From a virus, in the IMG/VR virus record IMGVR_UViG_3300035698_011202, positions 8,232-72,231 of that record: a stretch of DNA of 64,000 nucleotides. One strand, 5' to 3'. The notes beneath the pieces were generated by a model. That model was not told the DNA's origin, did not search any database, and saw nothing but the letters and a program-made list of their open reading frames with translations. Shown one piece after another: positions 41,627 through 51,041 of the stretch. A program made the translations under genes and the position numbers. Every line of letters starts with the position of its first letter. Position 1 is the stretch's first letter.

Positions 41627-41883
41627 ATTATTTTACAGCTTGGTTTCGCCGTAAGAAGGGTACGGACATGAATTTGCCTATAAATTTCCATCAAAAGTGG
41701 AAGGCGCGTATGCCTGATGTGGCTCAGATGATCCAGCAGGGTTTGTTGGTCAAGCACATTGCCAAACATTACCAGTGTGCGCCTAGCACTGTTGTAGAGG
41801 CGGTAACTATGCACAGCATAGGTGTTAACCGGCTAAAGCAGAAGTTTAGAGCAGAGGGTACGTTATGCAAACAACTCTCGTAA
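41623..41883 (+). CDS. Small HTH-like protein
   Basis: GLLVKHIAKHYQCAPSTVVEAV pattern. Confidence 0.6.
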   Translation: MNYFTAWFRRKKGTDMNLPINFHQKWKARMPDVAQMIQQGLLVKHIAKHYQCAPSTVVEAVTMHSIGVNRLKQKFRAEGTLCKQLS

Positions 41884-42019
41884 AGCATCAGTCCCAGAGA
41901 TACTGGACAGAAAAAAATCGGTGTCTTGAGTGCGCGTATAGAACGCAGTTCTCAAGTCATCACTGCCAGATTGTTATTAGCAAGCCTATGCAAAAATGCC
42001 CTTGGTTTAAGGAAAATTT

Positions 42020-42472
42020 ATGAAAGCGCGTAATAAAAAGTACAACCCGTTGCGGGTTGCTATTCTCAAAGCTGAAAGGGTACTGTCAGGTTATTGCATT
42101 ATTAATGTGAATAACCAAGGCGGTGTGTGCCGGTTGTTGAAGCTAAACGGGGACGAGGTGATGGTCACGCAAGCAATTCACCACACCCTTACGTTAACCA
42201 AGTTCAACTGGTCAATTTATATGGCTGCTTTTGGTATTAATGGTACTGAAAATTACACTAAGTCTAAGATTGCTATCTCTGATAAGCCCTACCTTCAGTC
42301 AGAGCTAATCGAGTTCTTAAACCATGAGCATCAAAAGATACTGAAAGGTTTCAATCCGTCGCAGTTGTGTGGGTTTGGTTGGATTGCCAGCCCCACAGGG
42401 CACGATTTCACAGAAGAACACGCCTACCAGCTTTTTGAGCGGTATGGTGCGTTTACGGAGTTAGCCGCATGA
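42020..42472 (+). CDS. Hypothetical phage protein
   Basis: 150 aa with AAGGA RBS and an RNKKYNP N-terminus. Confidence 0.8.
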   Translation: MKARNKKYNPLRVAILKAERVLSGYCIINVNNQGGVCRLLKLNGDEVMVTQAIHHTLTLTKFNWSIYMAAFGINGTENYTKSKIAISDKPYLQSELIEFLNHEHQKILKGFNPSQLCGFGWIASPTGHDFTEEHAYQLFERYGAFTELAA

Positions 42473-42798
42473 GTGACCTAGTGCAAATGCTCAGAAAACA
42501 AACCAAATTACACAGACTAGGCGGTGCAGTGCAATTAGGATATGTGTTTCTCAATGCAGCTAATAGAATCGAGAAACTTGAAGAAGAAAACAGGAAGTTA
42601 ATCCTTGCTAGAAACGAAAAGGGCGAGTTAAACGCTCAGCTTAAAAGCCAAGTGCTAAAACTTGAGACACTGATTAACAGCCACCATAAAGTAGTAGAGA
42701 GTAATTTGCTTCGTGTGATTTTACAGCACGAAAATACGATTGACCAACTCAGGTCAGATTACAACGACTCAATGGAGTCTAACGGGGGTAGCTGTTGA
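42469..42798 (+). CDS. Hypothetical coiled-coil protein
   Basis: ATGA overlap and AANRIEKLE motif. Confidence 0.7.
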   Translation: MSDLVQMLRKQTKLHRLGGAVQLGYVFLNAANRIEKLEEENRKLILARNEKGELNAQLKSQVLKLETLINSHHKVVESNLLRVILQHENTIDQLRSDYNDSMESNGGSC

Positions 42799-42953
42799 TT
42801 ACCGACCAGCAGAAGGAGAAAGAATTAGCCTTGTACAACCAAGGTTATGAAAAAGGTGTAAAAGATACAGCTGTCAGCTGTGCTTATATTTTATTAATTG
42901 GATTTATGGTGCTGGCTTTTTTATAGCTCACCCAAAACAACTTGGAATTGACG

Positions 42954-43448
42954 ATGACTTTTTATACAAAAGACGAACTGTATTGTAAATATGTAGAACT
43001 TATCCCTTCAGAAGAAGTGCATAACACGTTTATGCCTCTAATGGAAAAGTACCCTCGACTAATAGGACTGGACATGAAGACTTGTAATCTCATGGACCAG
43101 TTTCGTGACGACAAAAACCCTTCTGGCTATGGCATGGCAGATTGCTATTTGGTTGGTCGTAGCGAAGAGCAAAAAACAATGTTGTTTGTGTTTGGCTCCA
43201 AGACTGAAATAGTTGACGTAAGTGTCGCGTCTAACTATTTTCAAGGGTCTATGAGTGTGGCGGCATTAAGTGTGGCGTGTCAGATTTTGTGGCACAATCA
43301 TCTGGCGGCATTTGCAGATTCTATGGGACAACATCTGCTTTCTTCTTGGGCAGCAGATATGTATTATGCTCTTAAAGATGTTGTTTACCTTGAAGCTCTA
43401 GGCTTATCAGACAACGACAGGTCAGCTATTGCTGGCTTCTTAGATTAA
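42954..43448 (+). CDS. ArdB/KlcA-like antirestriction protein
   Basis: NYFQGSMSVAALSV...MYYALKD...AIAGFLD resembles the ArdB/KlcA C-terminal pattern. Confidence 0.65.
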   Translation: MTFYTKDELYCKYVELIPSEEVHNTFMPLMEKYPRLIGLDMKTCNLMDQFRDDKNPSGYGMADCYLVGRSEEQKTMLFVFGSKTEIVDVSVASNYFQGSMSVAALSVACQILWHNHLAAFADSMGQHLLSSWAADMYYALKDVVYLEALGLSDNDRSAIAGFLD

Positions 43449-43464
43449 AAAATTGGAATTGACG

Positions 43465-43617
43465 ATGAAACAATCATATGTATGGGTGCCCTCAAAAAAC
43501 TTCTCTTCATTACTTAGCCTTTGTATCTATTCGATACCGCTGGGCGAGTACATTTTACGCCGTGAAGCTGTCGTAGACGAAACAGGTCAAGTGACACTAG
43601 CGGAGGATTTCGCATGA
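43465..43617 (+). CDS. Small hypothetical protein (50 aa, below the ORF-track cutoff)
   Basis: Start motif at 43459 and ATGA overlap with the next gene. Confidence 0.65.
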   Translation: MKQSYVWVPSKNFSSLLSLCIYSIPLGEYILRREAVVDETGQVTLAEDFA

Positions 43618-43814
43618 CTGAAGCGGAAGAAATGGACTTGTATGGCGACTCTCGTAGCTCTTTTGAGGCGTACAGTTTCCAACTTTCCGTCGCCACGGTA
43701 AGACGTGAGCATGGAAGTAAAATTACAGGGGGGATGATAGAAATAGCTACACTAGTTAATTATCACTTTGCTCGAATGAAGCGATTAGAGGTCAAGCCAG
43801 AGACTGACGTTTAA
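43614..43814 (+). CDS. Hypothetical protein
   Basis: GGAGG RBS. Confidence 0.65.
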   Translation: MTEAEEMDLYGDSRSSFEAYSFQLSVATVRREHGSKITGGMIEIATLVNYHFARMKRLEVKPETDV

Positions 43815-43844
43815 GTTAGTCTCTTATCTTTTAACCCCGATGGT

Positions 43845-43990
43845 GCTTGTTGACGAACAGGCCGCGCCTACTTGCGAAAGTGTAGGGCTTATTGAGTTGG
43901 TGACTTAGTTCAAGCGACGGTTTGAAGAGGTCTATGCGTGAAACGTGGTTCGACTCCACAAAGTCACCAACTCAATACGTTAAGCGTATT
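43845..43990 (+). ncRNA. Structured RNA with a tRNA-like T-arm
   Basis: 17-bp perfect stem 43890-43906/43961-43977 enclosing a 7-bp hairpin and GTGG-TTCGACT-CCAC, with two more hairpins upstream. Confidence 0.6.
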
Positions 43991-44023
43991 ATTTTAGTAA
44001 TTAACTACAATTAGGAATTGACG

Positions 44024-44203
44024 ATGAGAAATCATTTTGAACAAAACGAGTACGTCCGACTTGTTAACAGTCCCAGTAAAGTCTACGTGGTAATAGTCCA
44101 AAACGGGTCTAGGGTTTCGGTTAAACGTGAATACTACCAGACCCCAGAGGTCGTTGCGTTACGAAGCGAGATTATTGACCGAAGTTTATTGGAGCGCCTG
44201 TAA
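44024..44203 (+). CDS. Small hypothetical protein
   Basis: Start motif and TAATG overlap with the next gene. Confidence 0.7.
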   Translation: MRNHFEQNEYVRLVNSPSKVYVVIVQNGSRVSVKREYYQTPEVVALRSEIIDRSLLERL

Positions 44204-44859
44204 TGATAGTAGGAATTACAGGTAAGGCGGGTGTGGGGAAAGACACATTGTTCAAGCTTCTAGCGCCCACCTACCCTAATGCTAAACGTTTTGCTTTTGC
44301 TGATGAGATTAAAGTGTTGTGCGCTTTGTACTTTGATTGGAAAGAGAGGCATTTAAACGGTTATTTAAAAGATAAACTAGTTCCCACCAATGGTTCAAAG
44401 ATAGGGCATAGTCGTTTAAATGCTCGATTGCATATTCTAGCAAAGGCGGTGGGTTTATGTCCTGAGTTAGTGATTAAGCATTTTTTAGCCGCGTTTAAAA
44501 TGTTCGAGTTGCGAGGACAGGTAATGCCGCGAGAAGTCATGCAGTATATGGGCACCGAGATAGGTAGAGTGCTATACACTGATTTTTGGGCCATTGTTTT
44601 AATGGCCCAGATACAAAAGTCAGTGGGGACTCCCCACCACTTTGTTACTGATGTTCGTTTCGACAGCGAGGCTTACGCTATCAAGGCGCAAGGTGGTGTA
44701 ATTATTCAGATACATCGACCTAATGTACCGGATGTAAGAGAGCATTCATCCGAGTCAGGTGTCCATCTAACGCTTATCGACCACATTATTATTAATAGCG
44801 AGGATGTGCATTTCTTCAAGCACCAAGCTTTGTCTTTTTTAGGGAAGTTCAATGCCTGA
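44203..44859 (+). CDS. Deoxynucleoside monophosphate kinase
   Basis: GITGKAGVGKDT, FADEIK, PREVMQYMGTEIGR, TDVRF and HSSE motifs. Confidence 0.9.
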   Translation: MIVGITGKAGVGKDTLFKLLAPTYPNAKRFAFADEIKVLCALYFDWKERHLNGYLKDKLVPTNGSKIGHSRLNARLHILAKAVGLCPELVIKHFLAAFKMFELRGQVMPREVMQYMGTEIGRVLYTDFWAIVLMAQIQKSVGTPHHFVTDVRFDSEAYAIKAQGGVIIQIHRPNVPDVREHSSESGVHLTLIDHIIINSEDVHFFKHQALSFLGKFNA

Positions 44860-45181
44860 GCTAACTCAGTTCTATGGAGCCTTGCAACAGGTAGCAGACT
44901 GCCAACTCAAAATGGTGCAGTTAACTAAAGAGTTCCAGGATTTAAAATCGACCTTGAAAATCGCTGTGGCCCACGTCAACAAGTTAAATCAACCTACCAC
45001 TGCCCAAGAAAGAAAAGGCTTACCCCCCAAGGGGGCGCAGTACTTTACGCTTGGCTCATATTGGAAGGTAGACCAATTTAACAGGTTGATGCAGCACACA
45101 GGCACTGCTTGGGTTCGCTCACTTAGAGAGCGCAAGCACATCATTAATAAACCGCTTGTTATTTTTAGGAAAACAATATGA
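44852..45181 (+). CDS. Hypothetical protein
   Basis: 109-aa ORF overlapping the kinase stop codon. Confidence 0.7.
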   Translation: MPELTQFYGALQQVADCQLKMVQLTKEFQDLKSTLKIAVAHVNKLNQPTTAQERKGLPPKGAQYFTLGSYWKVDQFNRLMQHTGTAWVRSLRERKHIINKPLVIFRKTI

Positions 45182-45323
45182 TAGTCACTACGCAAACTGC
45201 ACAAGACCATATAAATTGGATGAACTATAAATTTAATAAATCTCGGATTTATTTAGGTGTAATTATATCTTTGCAAACCTCACAAGAGCAGTGGTGGAGA
45301 CACACACAGCGCAATAAAAAGCC

Positions 45324-45938
45324 ATGAACAAAGAGCAAAAGTTCCGTCTACGTACTAGTGTGCAGCAGTGGTCAAGAGAGTATCACGCGCCTTTTATTAG
45401 GCCACTGTACAAAGCCCTGTTAGAGCACTATCAAACGCATCATTCAGGCGTTAATTGGAATGTTGCTATTGCTCAAGCCAGAGCAGACTTTATAGTAGCA
45501 AAGCGGTGGGGTGAGATGACTTGTAAGCAGCGTTCGGTTCGGTTGTATGTAGATGGACTAAACATAGAGCTTTCGTGTGCTACGGCAGCGTGGGCTTTGA
45601 TATTTCCTGACTATCTACTGGTCACTTACCCCACGTTCCCTATAGGTAGGGCAGGTAAATTATCGGACGAATGGAGTCACAGCTGCAATCCTTTTTATTG
45701 GCAGCCGAGTCACCTGTGGCACTTGCCAGAGCACGTTTACTTAGCTATGGAAGGCGAGTATGGCCCTAGAAAAAAAGAGGCTTTAAATCCTAAGAAATAC
45801 GAGGATTATTATGCGTTGCGAAAAACTTATTGTGAGTATTTCTGTAAATCATATAATCTTAATCCTGAAGTATTAACCCCTATAATTAACAAGGCAAGGC
45901 CGACGCTTCATATTGCGTCGATATTTGAGGTAAATTGA
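45324..45938 (+). CDS. Hypothetical protein
   Basis: 204-aa ORF. Confidence 0.7.
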   Translation: MNKEQKFRLRTSVQQWSREYHAPFIRPLYKALLEHYQTHHSGVNWNVAIAQARADFIVAKRWGEMTCKQRSVRLYVDGLNIELSCATAAWALIFPDYLLVTYPTFPIGRAGKLSDEWSHSCNPFYWQPSHLWHLPEHVYLAMEGEYGPRKKEALNPKKYEDYYALRKTYCEYFCKSYNLNPEVLTPIINKARPTLHIASIFEVN

Positions 45939-46150
45939 TGACTATAACTAAATTAGAGGGTGTAATGGTTCTAACTAAACGCTTAGGTAAAACACCCACC
46001 TTGGCGCTTGCACAAGAGCTTTTAGACGTGATGTTGGAACTAAATGAAGAGCACAGTGGGGTATTTGCTAAAGAACAACTTGATGGGGTAATTGAAGTCA
46101 GGGACAAGCTAAAAGAGCAAGAAGCTCAAACCAAGGAAAAGAGGCATTAA
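45935..46150 (+). CDS. Hypothetical protein
   Basis: GAGG RBS and overlap with the upstream stop codon. Confidence 0.6.
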   Translation: MMTITKLEGVMVLTKRLGKTPTLALAQELLDVMLELNEEHSGVFAKEQLDGVIEVRDKLKEQEAQTKEKRH

Positions 46151-46184
46151 GCATCAATTAAGCGATATTCACGTAAAAATTGGG

Positions 46185-46379
46185 ATGACACTCGATTCTT
46201 ACGTGCATTTTACATATAATGATGGGACTACCCAGCGTTTAATAGAACATTTAGGCGTTACTACCGGAGGCTGGAAGGCTTTATTGGCTGGGAAGCGAGA
46301 AATTACATTAACTGAGTTATTAAAACTTTCGGTTTGGTTTAAAACAGACTTAAACAAGATACTCACAGCAAACTTTTAA
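46185..46379 (+). CDS. XRE-like HTH protein
   Basis: LIEHLGVTTGGWKALLAGKREITLTELLKLSVWF pattern. Confidence 0.65.
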   Translation: MTLDSYVHFTYNDGTTQRLIEHLGVTTGGWKALLAGKREITLTELLKLSVWFKTDLNKILTANF

Positions 46380-46394
46380 AATTTGGAATTGACG

Positions 46395-47090
46395 ATGATG
46401 AATCAAACAAGACAGTTGCCTTCGTATGGGTTACATACAAGCGATCAAGGTATTACCTACTTATTTCAAGACCTGTGCCCCTATGGTTGGGAGTTTTTAG
46501 GACTAAAAAATAGCCGTTCAAATCTGAGCGTCAAACACTTAAAAAACCAATGCCCCCACCAAATTAATATGTACTTAGCCCAGCGTGTGCTTAGCAAAAA
46601 GGTTTGGGATTCGTTTTGCAGAATTATAAACGATCCTTTAGTCAGAGCTATGCTGCCTTTGCCTAACGGTAGGACGTATTCTTTTGACCAAAACTCAATA
46701 GAAAATTCAACCGAATGGTTTAGCTGCTTAGAGCGATTAGCGTCACCGTTACATACAGGTGTAAAGCCTTTTTGGGTAGACTCAAATCAAGCTATGGCTA
46801 GAAAGCTTACGCTAACAAATATACAGCCTTTGGTCTTAATGGATGTCAAAGCTGAGAATACATTGGATGTAAGAAGGCTACATGACCTAAATAAAACGTG
46901 TCCTAGAACCTTAATTATTAGCTGTACCGAGCAGCTAGTATTAACGCCTTCGGTAGAAGTTATTCAAACACAGCTAGAATCGTTAATATCCTTAAAAGAT
47001 ATGATTTCATTGCCATTAGAGCATATTGGTTCCTATTTAATTGCAGAGCATTGCAAGAGTACCCTTCAATTAGAATCTATTACTAACTAG
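46395..47090 (+). CDS. Hypothetical protein
   Basis: Start motif upstream. Confidence 0.75.
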   Translation: MMNQTRQLPSYGLHTSDQGITYLFQDLCPYGWEFLGLKNSRSNLSVKHLKNQCPHQINMYLAQRVLSKKVWDSFCRIINDPLVRAMLPLPNGRTYSFDQNSIENSTEWFSCLERLASPLHTGVKPFWVDSNQAMARKLTLTNIQPLVLMDVKAENTLDVRRLHDLNKTCPRTLIISCTEQLVLTPSVEVIQTQLESLISLKDMISLPLEHIGSYLIAEHCKSTLQLESITN

Positions 47091-47098
47091 GAGAAAGT

Positions 47099-47437
47099 GT
47101 GTCCAACGTAAACATGACCGCATTACGAGTAGCTATATCAGACAGTGGTTTTACACAGTCCGATATATGTAAAGAATTGGGCATAAAGCAGCCATCGTTA
47201 TCTAAAAAATTACGTTGTAAAGAAAAGGTTGACGTAATATTTATGTTTAAAGTAATGAAGATTGTTAACGCCCCGATTAACGATATTTTTCCAGATTTGC
47301 AGGAAAAGTTAGCCAAGGCGTTAACGTTAACACCAGAAAATAACCAACAAGCTTTGAATCAAATATTAGGGCTTTTAATGTTACAGGCTAATCTAATTGA
47401 CTATAAAAATACCGAATCAACCGAGATACAATCCTGA
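47099..47437 (+). CDS. XRE/Cro-like HTH regulator
   Basis: GFTQSDICKELGIKQPSLSKKL motif and AGGAG RBS. Confidence 0.8.
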   Translation: MSNVNMTALRVAISDSGFTQSDICKELGIKQPSLSKKLRCKEKVDVIFMFKVMKIVNAPINDIFPDLQEKLAKALTLTPENNQQALNQILGLLMLQANLIDYKNTESTEIQS

Positions 47438-48866
47438 GTTTGATTTTAACAGGATAATGCAAAACAGAGAGAAGCTTCAGCTTAGGGATTACCAGAACAA
47501 GCATCTATCATTTTTATTAAGCAACCACCGAGCCGGTGATTTAAGTGAAGCAGGGACCGGAAAGTCCCCAACAGCAGCACTTTGGATTTACGCTCAATCG
47601 CAAGATAAACGTGTTATCTGGGTAATGCCTAAGTCTTTACTAGTAAAAAACTACTTCGAGTTACTCTTGTGGTCAAATTTGACCCCCGACGAAGTAATAA
47701 TACTAGATGGCAGTATCGGTCAAAGAGCCAAGCAATTAGCTAACAAAACCACGCGTGTTTTTATTATGGGCTATCAATGCTTTGCAAATAACTGGAATAA
47801 AATTGTTGAACAGTTTCCAGATACATATCATTTAGCAGTAGACGAGCATCACTTAGGTTTCTCTACCCATTGCCAATACAACTTTCACCAGCGCAAGTAC
47901 GTTGGGGCTATGAGAACACTAGAGTTTTACCAGTTTTTAAAGCGCGGGGGGGCGCTATTATCGATGACCGGCACTATGATTTCAGGGAGGCTAAACTCAG
48001 CTTACTCATTTATTAACGCGGTTAATCCTAGCTATTACCCTACTTATGAAGCTTTTATGCAGTGGCACAGCCTTCGAGATGAGTACGGCAACCCGTTTCA
48101 TTGGAAGAATCACGGGAGGTTGCAAAAAATACTAGATAAACACTCTTGTCGGGTGACATTTGAAGAAGTATACGGAAAAGAGAAAAAGGACATGTTTATT
48201 CAAATGTGTACGATGAGTCCTAGTCAATATAAGGCTTACAAGGACATGGAAAACAGGCAGATTTCTATGCTAGGTGACGATTATCTTGAAGCAGATAACG
48301 CCGCCGTTGCGATAGCTCATTGCTTTTCGATTATGCAGACTCCCGAAAAGCATGGTTTACCCTGCCATCCTACGGACTCAAAAGAGGCGCACCTAGAAAA
48401 CTTGTTAGATGACCACAAAGAAACAGGCCGACCGTTAATTATCTTCGATAAGGCTGTGGATAACCATTACAAGGTTGCGGAAATGTGTAAGAAGCGGGGG
48501 ATGACGCATGGAATTATGAACTCGCGGGAAACCACTGATAGGGGTGTGATGGATTATCAATTTACAGGTGGACAGATGCAAATCATGATTTGTTCCCCAG
48601 CTGTAGCAGGCATAGGATTCAATTGGGGCCACGTAGATGACATGGTGTTCAATAGTTTAGATTGGCAGGACTCTACGTTTATCCAGAACTATAGAAGAGC
48701 CATGAGGGGCGTTAGAGAGCGTCCACTACGAATATACGTTTTCGTATATCGGGGCGGCTTAGATATTTATATTGCTAAGAAGCTAAAAGAAAAATCCAGA
48801 AACCGACTAATGGTGGAAGAGGGTGTCGATGTAGAAATCATTGATGCCATATTAAATGCAGTATAA
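47397..48866 (+). CDS. SF2 (SNF2-like) helicase
   Basis: LRDYQ, AGTGKS, DEHH, MTGT, GIGFN and QNYRRAMR motifs. Confidence 0.88.
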   Translation: MTIKIPNQPRYNPEFDFNRIMQNREKLQLRDYQNKHLSFLLSNHRAGDLSEAGTGKSPTAALWIYAQSQDKRVIWVMPKSLLVKNYFELLLWSNLTPDEVIILDGSIGQRAKQLANKTTRVFIMGYQCFANNWNKIVEQFPDTYHLAVDEHHLGFSTHCQYNFHQRKYVGAMRTLEFYQFLKRGGALLSMTGTMISGRLNSAYSFINAVNPSYYPTYEAFMQWHSLRDEYGNPFHWKNHGRLQKILDKHSCRVTFEEVYGKEKKDMFIQMCTMSPSQYKAYKDMENRQISMLGDDYLEADNAAVAIAHCFSIMQTPEKHGLPCHPTDSKEAHLENLLDDHKETGRPLIIFDKAVDNHYKVAEMCKKRGMTHGIMNSRETTDRGVMDYQFTGGQMQIMICSPAVAGIGFNWGHVDDMVFNSLDWQDSTFIQNYRRAMRGVRERPLRIYVFVYRGGLDIYIAKKLKEKSRNRLMVEEGVDVEIIDAILNAV

Positions 48867-48879
48867 CGAGGATTAATTA

Positions 48880-49185
48880 ATGACTGCCCTTTCAAAACTA
48901 AAAAACTTTGAAGCGTTTGAGCTAAAGCTCACAGATATAGATACTGACGACTCATTGGTAGCGTTGTTAGTTATTAGTTCACTTTTACAGGTAATTAAGA
49001 CTGACTCACAGATTACTTCAAAGTCCGATAAAGCTAACATATCTATGATGATAGCGGTGATGGAGAAGCAGTTTAGAGCTTCGCCAGAAGAGGACAAACA
49101 ACCAGTACGTTTGGCTCTTTTGGAAAACCTAGAAACTTTTATTAAAGAAATCAGAGATAGTGTTGACACATCTTTGGACTCTTGA
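48880..49185 (+). CDS. Hypothetical protein
   Basis: GAGGA RBS. Confidence 0.65.
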   Translation: MTALSKLKNFEAFELKLTDIDTDDSLVALLVISSLLQVIKTDSQITSKSDKANISMMIAVMEKQFRASPEEDKQPVRLALLENLETFIKEIRDSVDTSLDS

Positions 49186-49290
49186 TAAGGTTAGTTTCCA
49201 TACCGGCAAAGGGTATGAAACCATTGAGAAAACAATGCTAAAAATCAAACCCAACTTAAAATCTAAATATGACGAATGAGACATTAAACA

Positions 49291-50118
49291 ATGAACAATA
49301 ACATCAACGAAATAATCCAAAACGCTAAAAATCAAAACACTGCTGGCATCATTGTAAACGATGACTCTAAAAACGTTATCGAGCAAAAGATTGCTGAAGT
49401 GTCAAATGATAATAGCCATGCGCTCGTTACTAAAGATAATACTAACGAGATGGCTGGTATAGATATGGATTCTTTACCCGCTGAGCTAAGAGCCTTATTA
49501 ATGGGCGGCGCAGCGCCAAGTCAAGAGCTAGGTAACGCTACAAAGACAACGCTAGGTGTCGATACGTGGTTACAACCATCAGGTATGGGCTTAACCGCTA
49601 AAGAGTGCGATGACGTATTAAAGCCGTTCAAAGCCTCCATCGTTTATAGTAAAGGTGATGGTGTCAACAAAATCAAAACTGTTCAAATTGAGTCGGTATC
49701 TCCTACAGGTGATGTTGAAGTGCAATACGTCAGTACTGTCGATGATAAAGGCGAAAAAGGTTCAGATGGTCGCCCTTGGGGTCTATCAATTGTTGAGGCT
49801 TACACTCAGGCTACTCAAAAAGGCCGAAAGTACCCTTACGATTCAGCGCAAATCATATTGATTGCTGAAGAAGATGTAACAGGCTTTGATGGCGAAGTGT
49901 TATTTGAAAAAGGCACTAAGTTCGGACATTCTACGCCGCGTACTGGTTGGAACAACTTTGCTGACCTTGACCAAAAAGTAGGTCAATGTGGATTAGTTGG
50001 AAAGAAGATACTGGTACAAGTATCTAACGAAAAAGTTCTTATGAAAGGTCGCAAGCCTTGGGGCGTGTTGGCTTTTGCTTTGATCGGTGTAGCTGAAGAC
50101 CAAGAAGTAGTCAGCTAG
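49291..50118 (+). CDS. Putative single-stranded DNA-binding protein
   Basis: Located between helicase and exonuclease/polymerase genes and followed by a terminator. Synteny only. Confidence 0.5.
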   Translation: MNNNINEIIQNAKNQNTAGIIVNDDSKNVIEQKIAEVSNDNSHALVTKDNTNEMAGIDMDSLPAELRALLMGGAAPSQELGNATKTTLGVDTWLQPSGMGLTAKECDDVLKPFKASIVYSKGDGVNKIKTVQIESVSPTGDVEVQYVSTVDDKGEKGSDGRPWGLSIVEAYTQATQKGRKYPYDSAQIILIAEEDVTGFDGEVLFEKGTKFGHSTPRTGWNNFADLDQKVGQCGLVGKKILVQVSNEKVLMKGRKPWGVLAFALIGVAEDQEVVS

Positions 50119-50147
50119 TACCTTTAAACACTACGAATATTACTCAT

Positions 50148-50170
50148 AGGGGCTTTTAAGCCCCTTTTTT
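50148..50170 (+). terminator. Intrinsic terminator
   Basis: AGGGGCT-TTTA-AGCCCCT followed by T5. Confidence 0.75.
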
Positions 50171-50187
50171 GACTACGGAAATTGACG

Positions 50188-50997
50188 ATGAAAATAGAAT
50201 GTATTGATGGCAACAACGTGTTGCGCCGGTTAGTTGAGGCTGAGGGTGTAACGGTCACCAAGTCTTTGTACAATATTGCTTGCATGGACTCCCCCGACCT
50301 ACAAATTATATGGGTGTGGGATGGTAAAGACGGCAACAAAGTCCGTCGAGAAATCTTTCCCGACTATAAAAAGAAAGCTGAGGGCACAGGTACGCCAGAT
50401 AGCTTTTACGAATTTATGAACAACTTCAGAACATTGCTCAATCACAGTAATTGTTTGCAGATACGCGTAGACGGCTTTGAGGGTGATGATGTTATCGCTC
50501 AGATTGTAGCGTTACGCGATGCCGGTCAGAAGATAGAAATCAACTCTAACGACCAAGACTTCAGGCAGTTAGTTAGCAATAACGTCACTTTAGAGTACAT
50601 GGCACCTAAGTTTTCAGGCTACTCAGCATCCGACATGCGCTTAGCTAAGACTTTAGTAGGCGATAGTGCGGATAACATAAAAGGATTGCCTCGTTTTGGG
50701 TTGAAATCCTTCGAGAAACTTACGCCTACGCAGCGTGATAGCTGGGTAGATTTGTTAGAAGACGATGCTATCCAATTAAGCCCCGCTCACCTTGAAGGTA
50801 TGCCGGATGCTTTGGGGCTGTCAAAAACCCTCTCGCAAGTCACCTTAGACAACATCGATTTGCTACGCGCTTACTACACCATCATTGGGTTTATGCCTAT
50901 CCCTATAGACGTGTTTGCAAGTAGCTTTACGATGGGTGACGGAGACACCAAAAAAGGTGGTGAGCTTCTTAATGACATGTTCATGCTAGAAATTTAA
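50188..50997 (+). CDS. 5'-3' exonuclease / flap endonuclease
   Basis: IDGNN, WDG, RREIFPDYK, EGDDVI, SNDQDF and GDSADNIKG motifs. Confidence 0.9.
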   Translation: MKIECIDGNNVLRRLVEAEGVTVTKSLYNIACMDSPDLQIIWVWDGKDGNKVRREIFPDYKKKAEGTGTPDSFYEFMNNFRTLLNHSNCLQIRVDGFEGDDVIAQIVALRDAGQKIEINSNDQDFRQLVSNNVTLEYMAPKFSGYSASDMRLAKTLVGDSADNIKGLPRFGLKSFEKLTPTQRDSWVDLLEDDAIQLSPAHLEGMPDALGLSKTLSQVTLDNIDLLRAYYTIIGFMPIPIDVFASSFTMGDGDTKKGGELLNDMFMLEI

Positions 50998-51041
50998 GTG
51001 CTGAGTGGGGACTCCCCACTCAATTACAATTTGGATTGACG

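Noticed and set aside
43890-43977. Canonical tRNA or tmRNA gene
   Set aside because: There is no anticodon stem-loop, CCA is out of register with the T-arm, and it is far too short for tmRNA. Reported as tRNA-like only.
45324-45938. HNH/His-Cys homing endonuclease
   Set aside because: Only a loose SHSCNP...PSHL resemblance, and the expected catalytic pattern is incomplete.
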